Source: Azolla caroliniana
Lineage: Eukaryota; Plantae; Polypodiophyta
Direction of reading: 5' to 3'
NCBI GenBank assembly: GCA_043228905.1
Contig: JBHGNT010000022.1
Coordinates: forward strand, 7,812,001 to 7,876,000
Length of the DNA: 64,000 bases
This document shows, piece after piece, positions 11,998 to 25,860 of the stretch. Below the pieces are notes generated by a model, which saw only the letters and a program-made list of their open reading frames with translations, was not told where the DNA came from and ran no database searches. Positions within the stretch are counted from its first letter, which is position 1. Every line of letters starts with the position of its first letter. A program made the position numbers and the translations under genes.

Positions 11998-12355
11998 CAT
12001 AATAAGGACTCAAGAGGCATTGGATTGCTTTGAAAAGATGAGGAAACATTGTTGCCTCTTGCCACATGCATTTTCATTGTCTTGTGGGTTGAAAGCTTGT
12101 GGAAGCTTGAGAGATAGACAAAAAGACCGAGAAATACATGCCGACATCGTCAAAATAGGTTTTGAAAAAGATGTCCTTGTTGATAACACAATAGTCAACA
12201 TGTATGTGAATGGTGGGTTATTGTCGATTGCGCACTACTTGTTTAACACTCTAGTGGTGTGAGATGTGGTTTCACTAAACTCATTGATGGTAAGAAATGC
12301 CAAACAAGGGCATAACAAGGAGCCTATTTTTTGTTTTGAGGAGATGGTTTCAAAA
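11998..12355 (+). pseudogene. PLS-class PPR pseudogene fragment, 3' part
   Basis: EALDCFEKM..FSLSCGLKACGSL..REIHADIVKIGFEKDVLVDNTIVNMY..A.YLFN..DVVSLNSLM (ORF 12020..12262). Confidence 0.85.
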
Positions 12356-12646
12356 CGGGGGTTTACATATCCAGCGACTACAGATAGTGTGTGCTTTTTA
12401 CAATATTACAAATATTTTCTTGAAATGTAAATAATTTTCAAATTCTAGAAGTATTTTACGTACTATACGTAAAATACGTATTTTATGTATTTTATAAGTA
12501 TTTAAAATATTACAAAACGTATTTAACGTATTTTTAAATTGGGAGGTATTATACGCGTATTAATACGTTATATATGTATGGTATCCGTACCGTACCTAAC
12601 AACCATGCGAGTGATAATGAATTATCGCATTGCCAATTGATGGCAT

Positions 12647-15600
12647 GTGGCCGATGTGGCAGATAATAAAATTAGGATGACTGTATGGAACTGTAATAGT
12701 GCACTATGGACACACCCTGGCCGTCTAGAGGAGATTTTGAAGGTATCTGATATATTTTTCTTAGTAGAAACACATCAAAGTCCAAATCAAGGACTACATG
12801 AGTTGACGATTTCCGTTGGGAATATGTCTGTAGACAAACCCCACGTTGACACACTACTAGAGGGTCTGGAGGGGTTGCGATACTATTTCGGAGATAGATA
12901 CATAATATGATAGAAATACTAAAGATAGACCTAGAAGCCCATTTTATGTGGGTGAAAGTCCTCACTAGCAAGGACCAAGCAATATTTATCACCGTTTGTT
13001 AGTTCCCCCCGAAAGGATCCCGGTATAATATGGCCGGAGAGGCGATCATAGTTGATGACAGAGCGCCACATGGGCCTTCTCCATACGAACCTTTATCAAA
13101 TGACATAATCCAATATTCTTCTCAAAGGGGAAGTCTTCCTCATTGGAGATTTCAATGTGAGAACCCAATCCCGACAATGCACAACATTTTAGATGGATAA
13201 AAACCTAGAAATGTTTAATGTCGACCCTTTAGCCATAGGCATAACACATACATCAAAAGATCAAGGTGCAGACGCCACAAGCTTTGGCCATCATCTACTT
13301 GAACTTGGAAGTCGACACCAGATGATCATATATAATGGTTTGGCCGAGTGGTCGGGCTTGGAAGAGCTCACATGTTTCCCACATGGAGGAGGGGAAAGCA
13401 GAGTTGATTACCTAATAGGACGCCCTGAAGCTACCCACATGGTTAACTCCATGCCCTATTGGTGCAGACCATAGCTTCCTATACTTTTAGCTAAAATGTG
13501 ACACCTCCAACGCCACCAACTCTAGTCAACCAAACCATCACACCATAATACATTTCACGCATGAGCTCTCTGACATCTACTCCTGACATGTTCAAGCCCA
13601 TCTCTCCTCTTTTGATTCTTCCTTGCCTTTAGAGACCTCACCACGGAACTCACACACATCCTTCACTCAACAGCAATTAGTAGCTTCCCATACACGAAAC
13701 ACTCCAATCACAATAGAATAGGTTCTATGCCACAGAACAAGTGGTATGATGAGGATTGTGGAGACTTGTATAGACAACTTAAAGTGTTGCAACTTAGTGG
13801 TACTATTTCCTCAGTACAGGCTCGCAAAGATATGTGCAAGATGACACGTCATAAAAGACGAGCTTGGGAAGCATCACAATATTGGGTGGTCATGAGTAGG
13901 GACTGCGTCGTTGCATGCAAGAGACTACGGGAACCGAGACCACAAACACCCATCGAGGATCCCAATATTTGGCACACATATACAGAGAGACTCTACCATG
14001 TCTTGAACCAACCACCCATACAATGCCTTCCACACCTCAACCAACCATAGGGAAAATTTTAACGACCTCTAGGGTCACAAAGATCATAAAACAATTACAA
14101 CATAGGAAATCCATGGACCACACAGGGCCGAGCACATCATATATGCTCGAGAGTGCCTAGCCCCCTTTCTCACCCTACTCTTCAATTGTGCTCTCGCCGA
14201 GGGTTTTCCACCACAATGGACCATGAACACAGTGGCCCTTGTACATAAAGGAGGGGACCCAATGGACCCATATACATATAGGACCATTATGATAGGTTAT
14301 ACACGCGCTAAACTATATGGTGCAGTAATGGAAGCAGAGCTCAATTATTATATGGAAACATTAAGTCTTCGAGCACCTGAGCAAGCTGGTTTTAGACAAG
14401 CCTTCTCCACTATTGACCATATCTTCACACTTAGGTTCTTAATTGACCAAACAAAGGCTCATAAGAAGAAACTATATTGTTGCTTTGTGGACTTCTACAA
14501 AGCCTTTGACACAGTTCCTAGGGAAAGGTTGTTTGATAGACTTAAAAGCTTGGAGATACCAAATGACATGATCTGGCCATTTATGCTCTATATGAGCCAG
14601 TCTCTGGGTGCGTAAGATGCCCAAGTGGCCTATCCGATTGCTCTCCTAGCACCATTGGTGTAAAACAGGGTTGCCCCCTATCACCGACTCTTTTTGGGAT
14701 CTACATTGATGAGATCACTGATTTTATTCCTTGTAAGGGAGGCAATTGAGTAAGTTAGTCTCTTACTCTACTCAGACAACATCGTCTTACTATGGGAGTC
14801 TGAACACGACCTACAAAAGCATCTTAATGCCCTAGATGACTTTTGTACACAACGAGGACTGGTAGTGAATCTAGCGAAAACTAAAGTCCTTATCTTTCAT
14901 ACATTGTCCCGAGTTAGGAGTAAATGTCACCTAATCCTCTCTCATAAACCAATTGAGGTAGTTGGATCATATGAATACTTGGGAGTCACTTTTAGTGCTT
15001 GTTTAGGTAAATTCTCAATGACCCAGGCAGCCAAAGATAGGCTAACGAGAGGGTATGCATCCCTCTCACTCTTAAAGGGACAATGCCACCAGGCATACTT
15101 TCAAGAGCCACGGACTAAGGGATGGCTCTTCGACTCATTAGTAGCCCCTTCCCTCATGTATGCATCAGTAGTATGGGCTCCAGGTCTACCATCTTTCATG
15201 TGGACGCAATTACAGAGACCTTTGGTGACGATGTTATCACGTCAACTCTAAAGCAAACCGACAATACCACATGACATTATTAGAGCAAAGTTCAGTTTGC
15301 CCCCGATGTTAGTAGAAGCACTTTTCCAAGTGGTAGTTTTTATTCATCAAATACATAGCCAACCAAAAGATAGGATCTCCCGTCGAGCCTTTGAGGCATC
15401 CCGATCCCTATATGCGTCTAGAAACACTAGCTCTTGGTATAGCACTATAGTGAGTTGGTTACTTGCAAATGGCATAGACATTAATAACCTACCTCCCCTT
15501 AAGTACAACCATGGGACTGATCAAACTTTAATATCTCATGAAGACTGTAATAAAGTAATACACCAAGAAATATAGCAAATTTACACTCGATATACATGGA

Positions 15601-16340
15601 TTACCCCACAAAAGCCACTCCCATCTAAAATGGTGTACTATAAGGAACACTTCTTGGACTTCTCTAAGTCAAGTTTTATTACACAACCAAGATATCTAGA
15701 TACATTCTTATCAAAGGCACTAAGGGTGGCCATTGGAAAACTTAGGATATCATCTCACCAACTTGAGATTGAGAATTGTTGGGCTAATAGAGTCCCTAGA
15801 GAGGAAATGCTATGTAGATTATGTCACCTAGAGATAGAGGATGAGCATCATTTTACATGCAAGTGTCCAACCTATACCGAGATAAGGGCAGAATACCAAG
15901 ACATATTAGGACCCTCTCCCACCCTCTCCAAACTATTAGATACCCCGGATATAAAGAGACGAGGTAGGTATATCTTAGAGCTAAAACAACATAGGGAGAA
16001 TAAGCTACAAATTGTTAACCATAACCCTTTTAATATTCATCAACATGTAAATAGTGTAATTTTTTAGGAACAAGGGGAGACGATGAATATGGATACACTT
16101 ATGCCACATAGCCTCTCTCTTGAGGAAGCAGAAATGCAAAGAACAACCAAACGGCCTCGGATGTTGGTCTTCAAAACAACTTGACGTGGAGTAGAAACAA
16201 TTAAGAAGATAAGGGAGCGTGAGCTACGCCGACTAGAAGCTATGGTTGGGGTACCTTCTACATTGGGACCTGGGGGGGCCACATCCACATCGAAACCCTT
16301 TGACCTCCCGCTTCTTTTCAAGAGACTTGGATGGAAATGA
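12647..16340 (+). mobile_element. Degenerate LINE ORF2 (APE endonuclease-RT-CCHC), RTEX/Crack-like
   Basis: WNCN..DIFFLVETH and GDFNVRT (APE); EQAGFRQAFSTIDHIFTL, CCFVDFYKAFDTV, GVKQGCPLSPTLF, LLYSDN (RT); LRISSHQLEIE..CRLC..EDEHHF..CPTY at the C-terminus. Clade assignment is inference. Confidence 0.88.
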
Positions 16341-17480
16341 AACTAGGCCTAGTATTAAGCCATTTCATTGTAGAACATGTTTGTTATTTTACTAGAACTA
16401 TTTAGCTTAAGCTCAATTTTTATTTTATTTTATTTCACTTTCAATGAATGGGTAAATATCCCATTTTGTTCTAAAACAATTGGCTCATGGGCCAATTTTG
16501 GCCTTAGAAGACGTTAATATATCTTTCTTTCTTTCTCTTCTTTATGTCCCTTGGAAGTTTCTGACTTTCCATATGCAGAATGCAATAATTTAGCATTAAG
16601 CTTCTCAAGATAGTTCCATAAGAAGCGGGGACAACGATCCTAGAGGACGCAAGGATTCCATTTGTAGGTTTGAACAAAGGCCTTGAGATGTGTGATCTTG
16701 CCTGCATCCATGGCTTTTCTTCGTCTTCACACTTCTTCTTCTTAGTTCTCTCTCACCGATTGCTTGTTTCTTCCTTTTCCTTGAGGCCTTCCAGAGGGTC
16801 TTCGGATTTGCGGGGCCATGGATTGAGCCCCTTGGTAGCCTTTCCTTTTCTTGGAAATGAATTTGGAGAGCAAGACTCGTGCGGTGCTAACAAGAGAAGC
16901 TTTGAAGGTGCCATGGGAGAATATATGAATGGTGAGAACAGAGGAGTTGTCTTCATGGACGGAGTCTTCGGGCACCAAGAATTGAAGCTTGGCATTCCAG
17001 GTTGGGTTATGGTGGCCATGACAGGCGGATACATGCATATACATCTTCTTCTGTGGATGAATCCATGCCATGGCCATGTATGTTACGCTCACATGGCATT
17101 GCTCCTTCATCCTCCTCACACCATGAATGTCCTCCATCACACCATATCTCTTCGTAGATTTCTCATTCTTGGAGACTACATCTTGAGTTGACATGATGCT
17201 CACCTGGACTTGAGTCATTACCCTGTATTCATTGCCAAATACGTGGGAATACCACTGCGATAGTTGTCTTCTTGCTCCCGAAACATTGAACTGATTCTTG
17301 TCTTCATGATGTCATCCTCTCCGTCGGATCAAGACCAGAAAATACAAAGAGTATTGTTGTTCTATTGCAGTAAATGGTCGAGATCCATATCAACAACATC
17401 CGCATGTGTAATTCATCGATCAGGAAGAACATAACCATGTGCACCAACATCCTTCCGCCATGAGTAGTTCCTCAACTTCT

Positions 17481-17879
17481 TGTTAAAGGCAGGTCAGCCG
17501 TAGGGCGTGCCAAGTGTTGATTTTCTGGGCTCCACCCCCCTCCCAAGAGGGTTGAGCATGAGGGGAAGAGAGGGAAAGAGTAGAGAGAGACACAATTATT
17601 GAGAGGCAAAAACTACTATTATCATTCATGTCCCCTATGGTGGGGTTATATAGGTACATTACATGAGGATCATAATCCAAGAACATCCAATGAGGCTTGT
17701 AGGTTAATTAAATAACCTTCTATTTTTGCACACATTAACCTAAATGTGTATGTGTTACACATATTAATATACTCACACTTACCCTTGTGCACACTTGCAC
17801 AAATTACAACATTACTTTTAACACAAGACTTTACATTTATCTATCCACATACCAACACACTTATACACTCACCCTTACA
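17481..17879 (-). mobile_element. Probable LTR (unpaired)
   Basis: On the minus strand TGTAAGG...CCTTTAACA ends, a TATATAA box and a CT-rich 3' part; no matching TSD. Confidence 0.45.
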
Positions 17880-17994
17880 ATCCCACGGATAACAGGAAAA
17901 GGGATCACACATCATTGGACGATTCCCTACACTCCAATGCAAAATGGTGTAGCTGAACGAATAAACCAGACGATCCAAGAACGAGTGACGGCAA

Positions 17995-20900
17995 TGTTGT
18001 AATAAACTAATTAGTGTAGAATAAATAAATAGGAAACTAAATAATAAAAACGTAACCTTATGATATGAAAAGGTGCACCCCAAAAATAGGGTGCACCTAT
18101 AACCACCACATTTTCTCTCTGTGTTGTCGGTTGGTTGTAAGAGAGTGACAGAAACTATCATTCAATTAAGTTTTCTTCTTCTCTTTCTCTCTCTTTCTCT
18201 CTCCCTCTCTTTCCATTCCATATTCCCTTATTTTCCACGTGGTATCAGAGTAGTGAAGGAGTCCAACCCCACCAAGAATTGTGTCGCGGTGTTAATAACG
18301 AACGTGTGAATTAAAGAAATGTTTTTCGACCATGTCAAACAGTGGAGTGATAGCAAATGTGGCGGCAAATGCTGCCCAGGTATCGTCTCACACTTATCAC
18401 ATTGAAAAACTAAATGATAAAAACTATCAACCATGGCGTATGACCATGGAAATTATATTAGAACAACATGACTTGTTAAATATCGTCGATGGAACCGACG
18501 TGTGCCCTAACATTAATGTCCCCACAAATGCACTTGACGTTCAAACATGGAAGCGGCGTGATTTAAACACTCGCTTAGAACTTCTCCTTCATATGGAGGA
18601 CACACTTAAGCAAAGTGTGAGAACCTTGACTACCTCCAAACATATATGGGATAGATTAGAGGCTGATTACCTCCATATGGATATTACGTCCCAAGTTGCA
18701 AATTTAAAAATTTAATAAATATGAATATGAATGAAAATGATGATGTTGATACATTTGTTAAAAATTGGAGACTTCGACTTGATGATGTGATCCTTTCAGG
18801 ACTTAGTTTGCCAAGTTCTGTTCAATCTGCCCTCTTGTTAGCCGCCCTACCCCCATCATGGCAACCATTTATAAGTACAAAATCCACATCAGCCAACATT
18901 AGTGTCCCAACATTAGTGGCATCAATCTCACAAGAAAACATACATCGTAGGGCAATAAATCAACCATCCTCATCTCACACCGCACTTTATATCAAACATC
19001 CAAATTACAATAAAAAAACCTTACAATAAACCTAGATCAACATACCAACCTAATAACTCCAAATTTTATTCACGGACTTCTAAATTTAATGATTCAAGGA
19101 ATCATAAAAAATCTAGGTTCCTTAGATCCTTTTGTACAAATTGTCAAAGGAGTGGACATGAAACAAAAGATTGTTATAGGAATCCTAACAATGGGAAAAG
19201 AACATATAAAGAAGACCAATCTTACAATGCATCACGTGATGACTACGATCAAAATAATGACATATGTCATGGTGACCAAAATTCCGATGAGGATAATGAA
19301 GACTCTTTCATTGCCTTCATGGCCCTCACTTCATTTAACAACTCTCCCACTTCAACGTGGATTCTTGATACAGGTGCCACATGTCACCTCACCTCAAGAG
19401 TTGAATGGCTCAAAGACTATAAGGTCTTAGAGCATCCTTTCCCGGTTAGATTTGGGAACAATGGGGTTGAATATGCCCTTGGACATGGGACTGCCCATCT
19501 TGAACTTTTTTATGGGAACTTCATTGAAATCAATGAAGTTTACTATATACCTAACATAGCAAAAAACGTGATATCTGTCAATAAATTCACAAATGATAAT
19601 ACATCCGTCTAGTTTTATCACAAATATTGTATCATTCGTCATAAGACACCCTCTGGACAAGGCTATGTCGTTAACTGTCCCAGACAAGGATGTCTTTACC
19701 TCTTAGGTCGCTCTGTGGTACTTGCCGAAGAAGCTACCACATGGATGATTCAAACACATCCAACTATATGACCTTATTATGGCACTATCGATTAGGCCAC
19801 TTAAACCATCAAACAATGGTTCACATGGCCCGACAACATATAGCAGTTGGTTTTACTCTTCCTAGTAAATCGAAACTATCCCTTTGCGAAGGGTGTATAT
19901 TTGGAAAACTCTCTAACTCGCCATTTCCATCCCATCCTACAACGGCCACTAAACCCCTCCAACTAGTGCACATAGATATATGTGGTCCTTTGTCTACCCC
20001 ATCCCTATCTGGAAATGTATATTTCCTAACATTTATCGATGACTTTACTCGTTTCACGATGGTCACATTTCTCAAGACAAAATGTAGTGATCAAGTCCTT
20101 GAGAAATTCAAAGCCTATCATAAACTTGCAACAAATCAACAAGAATTACCCCTTAAAGTACTCCAATCAAATAATGATGGAGAATTCAAGTCCCAAAACT
20201 TCCAAACGTATTGGCAAAATCATGGGATTCAACAACGATTTACCATTCCATATACACCCCAACACAATTCAAGGGCCGAACGACGAAACCGGTTGTATAT
20301 GGATGCCACTCGTTGCATGCTCGTCGTTGTAAACCTTCCCCGAACATATTGGGAAGAGGTTGTTTTGACCGCTTGTTATATATTCAATAGAACATATAGT
20401 CAATCAATTAGCACAACTCCATTTTCCTTGTGGTTTGGAAAAAATCCAAATTATAAACATCTAAGAATCTTTGGATGTCCATCATATGCACTCGTACCGC
20501 TAGAAACTCGATCAAAATTAGATAATCACGCAGTTTGCACAATATTTGTTGTGTATGGCGAACCTCATGGCTATAAGGGTTATCGTTTATACGACCCAAA
20601 ATACAAAAGATTTATATTTAGCCGACGAGTGATATTTGATGAAGACAGATTGATATCTAATCCTCATTCACATCATGGCTATGAAAAGATACAAGACGCG
20701 ACTACCATGTCTAACACTAAATCCAATAACGAAGTAATATCATCACCTACTAATTCTTGGCGGGCTCCACAAATGTCCTCGGAAATTCAACAAGTCACAA
20801 TTAACTCTCCTCCATTAATGCCCTCATCTCTAGAGGTCCTCCCACAAGTCTCAGGTTCAACCAATGACTCCAACTTATTGCCTTTAATAACCAAACAATC

Positions 20901-22991
20901 CCAACAAATTGATGTACATACTCCAATTTTAAACAGTAACCCCAACCAAAGTAAAAAGAGCCTTAATAATCACCATAGCATTCATAAGGAAAAACTTTTA
21001 GATGGAACACAACTGACTCATATTGATTATTCATGCTCCCATCCTATCAAAAATCTCCTTATTCCACTACGACGATCCTCACATCTTAATGGCAAGTTGA
21101 AAACCATTGGTCACAATGATGCAAAAGTAATTAAAATAGGATGTAGAAATACTTCATATTCCACTAATAATCAACATGTAGAACATACAAATAGTTCTGA
21201 CATTGCGTAATCAACTAGTTCACTTAGCTCTACATCTACTCCAAAGAAAGTTCGTACTATTCAAGATCTTTATGATCAAACAAAAAAAATAGACGCTCTT
21301 GTTGCGGACCATCAATTTGAACCTGAGTTTGCATTTTCGGCTCTTGGTTCCCCCTCAACCACATCAGACATTTCTGATGATCCCTTAACTATCAATGAGG
21401 CATTGCAAAGCCCAGATCATAATGAATGGCAAGCTGCCATGGCAAAAGAACTTGAATCTCTTGAGGCCAACAAAACATGGACCCTAGTACCACTCCCAAT
21501 GGGATGCTCACCTATTTCATGCAAATGGGTGTTGAAGAAAAAACTAAACCCTGATGGTAGTGTTGCACGTTACAAAGCTCGACTTGTCACGCGTGGTTTT
21601 TCTCAAGTTGAAGGACTTCACTATTCTGAGACATTCTCACCCGTTCTTCGCATGGCATCTTTTCGGTGCCTAATGGCTCTGGCCACCATTCTTGACCTCG
21701 AGGTACATCATTTGGATGTATAAACGGCATTTCTACATGGTGATTTACCCGAAGAAATCTACATGTCACAACCTCCTGGGTTTGAGTCACACTCTCAACC
21801 AAACTATGTGCGTCGGTTACATCGGTCGCTTTATGGACTCAAACAATCTCCTAGGTTATGGTTTCAAAATTTTAACAATTTTATGCTCTCACATGGCTAT
21901 TCTAGATTGTTATCAAAACCAAATATATACATTTGACATAATCATACATCTAATCGGTTGTTAGTGGTAGCACTATATGTGGATGACATTCCTATAGTTG
22001 GAACACCATCTGAAATTACTCAAGCAAAGCTAGAACTTTCCAAAGCATTTTCAATAACAGATTTAGGTCCCCTATCTTATTTTCTAGGCATGCAATTTAT
22101 GCGTAATCGTAGTATGGGCACCTTGATCATTCATCAAAATAAATTCATTAATGAAATTTTGAAATCCTTCGGAATGTTAAACATTAAACCTTGCCCTACT
22201 CCCTTATCACTAACATGTAACTTAAGCATATCCGATGGTCCAACCACAAAAAGAGATATTAATTTTATGCAACAATTTCCCTTTAAACAATTCGTTGATT
22301 CTCGAAGATCTACTACTGGTTTTTCTTTTATAATGCCAGGAGCAGCAGTGATGTGACAATCGAAAAAACAAGAATCTGTGACACTCTCATCTGCTGAAGC
22401 TGAATTTGTAGCAGTGGCATTGGCTGCTAAAGAAGGATTATGGTTGCAAACAGTGTTATAAGAACTCCAACTATGTGAACCACTCCAATTGAAAATCTTC
22501 TGCGACAATATATCATGTATCTACTTAACGAAGAATCCAAAGCACTCGGAGAAAACAAAACATGTGGATTTAAAATATCACTTTATACGAGAGTTGGCCG
22601 AAGAAAACAAGCTTACCTTAGAGTTTACATCGACAAATCATATGTGGGCTGATTTTCTAACAAAGGCTCTACCTCCGGACAAATTTGAAGCTTGTTGTGA
22701 AATTTTAGGATTACAACGATTCACAACTAATTAGTTTATGGGGGGTTGTTGTAATAAACTAATTAGCGTAGAATAAATAAATAGGTAACTAAATAATAAA
22801 AACGTAACCTTATGATATGAAAAGGTGCACCCCAAAAATAGGGTGCACCTATAACCACCACATTTGCTCTCTGTGTGGTCGGTTGGTTGTAAGAGAGAGA
22901 CAGAAACTATCATTCAATTAAGTTTTCTTCTTCTCTTTCTCTCTCTTTCTCTCTCCCTCCCTTTCCATTCCATATTCCCTTATTTTCCACA
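17995..22991 (+). mobile_element. Ty1/Copia 'B' with both 245-bp LTRs (17995-18239, 22747-22991), TSD GGCAA; gag-PR-INT-RT-RH decayed
   Basis: PBS TGGTATCAGAG (tRNA-Met) at 18240; G-rich PPT before 22747; motifs IEKLNDKNYQPWR, WILDTGATCH, LWHYRLGH..CEGC, LYVDD, KHVDLKYHFIRE; ~7 LTR mismatches. Confidence 0.96.
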
Positions 22992-25459
22992 GGCAATGCT
23001 CCAACAATCAGGACTAAAGCTACAGTTTTCAGTAGAAGGAAGCATATCTTACCAATTTGTCGTTGTCGAAAGCAGTTAAGCATCAAGTGCCACACGCACA
23101 ATGGTAGAGCTCACAACTAAGCTACAACCGACTTCGCATGTTCGGGTGCGAAGCCTATACTCACATACGAAGGGAAAAATGGACAAAGCTAGCCCCCCAG
23201 TCGAGAAAAAGCATTTTTCTCACAAACGAGACAGATTGGAATTTTGGCTATTGAATTTCGAAGACTAGAAAACTAATTCGAAGCAGTGACATAGTCTTTA
23301 ATGAAGACTCCATTAGCTCAGATCGAAAGCAACCTTGAACTAGCAAGGGAGTCAGTTTTGACTTTTTTCCGACCGAGCTAGAGGACGAAATGCTAGAAAC
23401 TGACCCCGAATAGGCTAGTGAGTCGACCAATTGGGCTGAACTACCACCTGTAGAAAAAATTGTGAGTAACGTGCTGACTGATCGATCTGAACTGGTGGTG
23501 GCACATGCACCTTATGATTCCCTCATGGGAACGAGTTCGTCAAACAACCCCAAAGTAGAAGAAACATATCCTTCTACAATATCTCCATCAAACAAGGGGT
23601 CAAAACATGTTGACTGCACACCCGTACTACTCGAAGAAGATGAACCGACACCAAGGAGATTAGGACGAGTCCGCAAGCTGACATAGTTTTATCGACTAGG
23701 CTTGGACTACGTCAACTATACGGATGCATGTGAACTGTGCTCATATGAAGAAGCCATAGCCACACCAGATGCCGAAACATGGCACAAAGCCATCATATCC
23801 AAGATGGACTCAATCAAATAGAACGACACATGGGAGCTGGTCAAATTACCAGCCGGTAGGAAGCCACTGCCTTGCAAATCGATATACAGATACAAATACG
23901 TATCTGGTTCAAATTAACCCAAGTACAAAGGTCGACTCATTGCAAAGGGATTCAAACAAGAACACTATGTCGACTATGATGAGGTTTTCTCTCTCATATT
24001 GAAGATGACTCTTAGGAGTTGTTGTGACCGAAGATCTAGAGGTTGAACAAATGGATGTAAAGACGGCTTTCCTACATAATGACCTGAACGAAGACATCTG
24101 AATGTCTTAACTGGCAGGCTTCCCAACAACGGGGGAGGAAATTCAGCTCATACTCAAACTGAAGAAAAGCCTTTACGGCTTGAACCAAGCGCTAAGAATG
24201 TGGTACCAAAAGATACCCACATTCGGCAACTCAAATATAGTCAGCCCAACTCCGAATCACGCATGTATGTTCAGGAATTATCCGATGAGTCCAGGATATA
24301 CTTGATCCTTTACTCAACGACATGCTCATTGCAGGCTGTGACAGAGCTGAAATAGGGAAGCTAACGTAGAAACTTCACGAGAAACTCTTGATGAAGGGAC
24401 TTGGAGAAGCCGCACACATCTTGGGCATGAGATAGAGTGGGATAGGACAAAGAAGATCCTACGACTCTCTGAATCCGACTATATCGAAAAGGTGTTGAGG
24501 ATATTCAAACAGGGATAAGTTGAAGCTCGCACTGACACCGCTCCCGACGTTGATTCAACTATCAAATAGAGAATCTCCCTCCATAGAGGTAGAGAAATAG
24601 CAGACGAGAGAAATTCAATACACACCAGCCATAGGAAGTCTCATGTACGCGATGGTAGCTACCCGACCCAACCTTGCTTATGTCGTAGGTGCTACCAACC
24701 ACAACATGTCTAATCCCGGAAAGAAGCACTAAGAAGCAATGAAGAATATATTTTGATATCTTTGGGGAACCAACAAGATGCAGCTAACATTCGGCTCGAA
24801 TCATCTGACTGAAGCGAAGGCTTCATTGTCAAAACTTGTATGATAATACGTGAGTTCATCAAAAGGGATTTAAATTAATCACCGAGATACAATATATATA
24901 TATATAAAGGTATTAATAAAGATTTGAAAAAATATTTACATAAGGGTATTGTCAATTATGCTGGAAAAATAATTACATAAGCCCATGAAATATTAGATAT
25001 TCCACTGAGATAGTAAAGAATATATTATGCAAACAATACTCAAATTTTCAGTATAGTTTTCAGGAATATGGAAGGAAGTCGAACGAGTATGGGAGATACT
25101 GACTAGTATCACTGTATGTCACATCTAGAAGGCTCGATACTCTCTTGTTTTCCATCAACTTAAACATCAGCAACCAAATTGGTTTCAAATATTTGGTTAG
25201 ACATAGTTCATACTTTGAAGGGTCAATGGGCTAGTATAGTTGGAGATTTTGATGCTAAAATTGCTCAACGGCATGAGTTTCTTATCGTCTGGATAGCTAC
25301 TCCATTCATGACATCCAATTACAACACTCCTTATTGGTATTTTTAAGCTCCAAAATGGTTGTTTCCCCCGCCGTTCACAAAGAGTTTAAAATCTTGTAAA
25401 ATGTTTACACTAATGATAGGATATGTTCTTTAAATAAATAAAAATACTCAAATTTGGAG

Positions 25460-25860
25460 TAGCATATATACATACACATGCATGCATCCATATATACCTA
25501 CATTCAAACATTACATCCATGAATATGTATATACATACATTACACTCATTTATACATACATACGGAAATCTAAACATAAATATATGTACAGATATATTTT
25601 AGCATATGTAAATATGTACATACACATACATACATACATTACATACTACATCCATATTATAATCAGCCATATATATTGACATACATATATACATAGTACA
25701 TACATAAAAATTACATATTACATATATATATACACATACACATTCTTACAAACATATTTTATATATTACATATTACACACATATATTATTATACACACAA
25801 TTATATACAAATGCATATATACATACCAAACACAAAAAAATAAATTACATATTATATATA
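25460..25860. repeat. (TA)n/(TACA)n low-complexity microsatellite tract
   Basis: Dense TATA/TACA/CATA repeats. Confidence 0.85.

Noticed and set aside
16500-17480. Overlapping 90-170 aa ORFs
   Set aside because: Probably decayed retroelement sequence, but no motif I can name.
24826-25460. AT-rich segment replacing the Copia A RNase H start and the Copia C 3' LTR
   Set aside because: No termini, TSD or recognisable coding motif; cannot classify.
25482-25679. 65-aa Tyr/Ile/His-rich ORF
   Set aside because: Translation of a TA/CA microsatellite.
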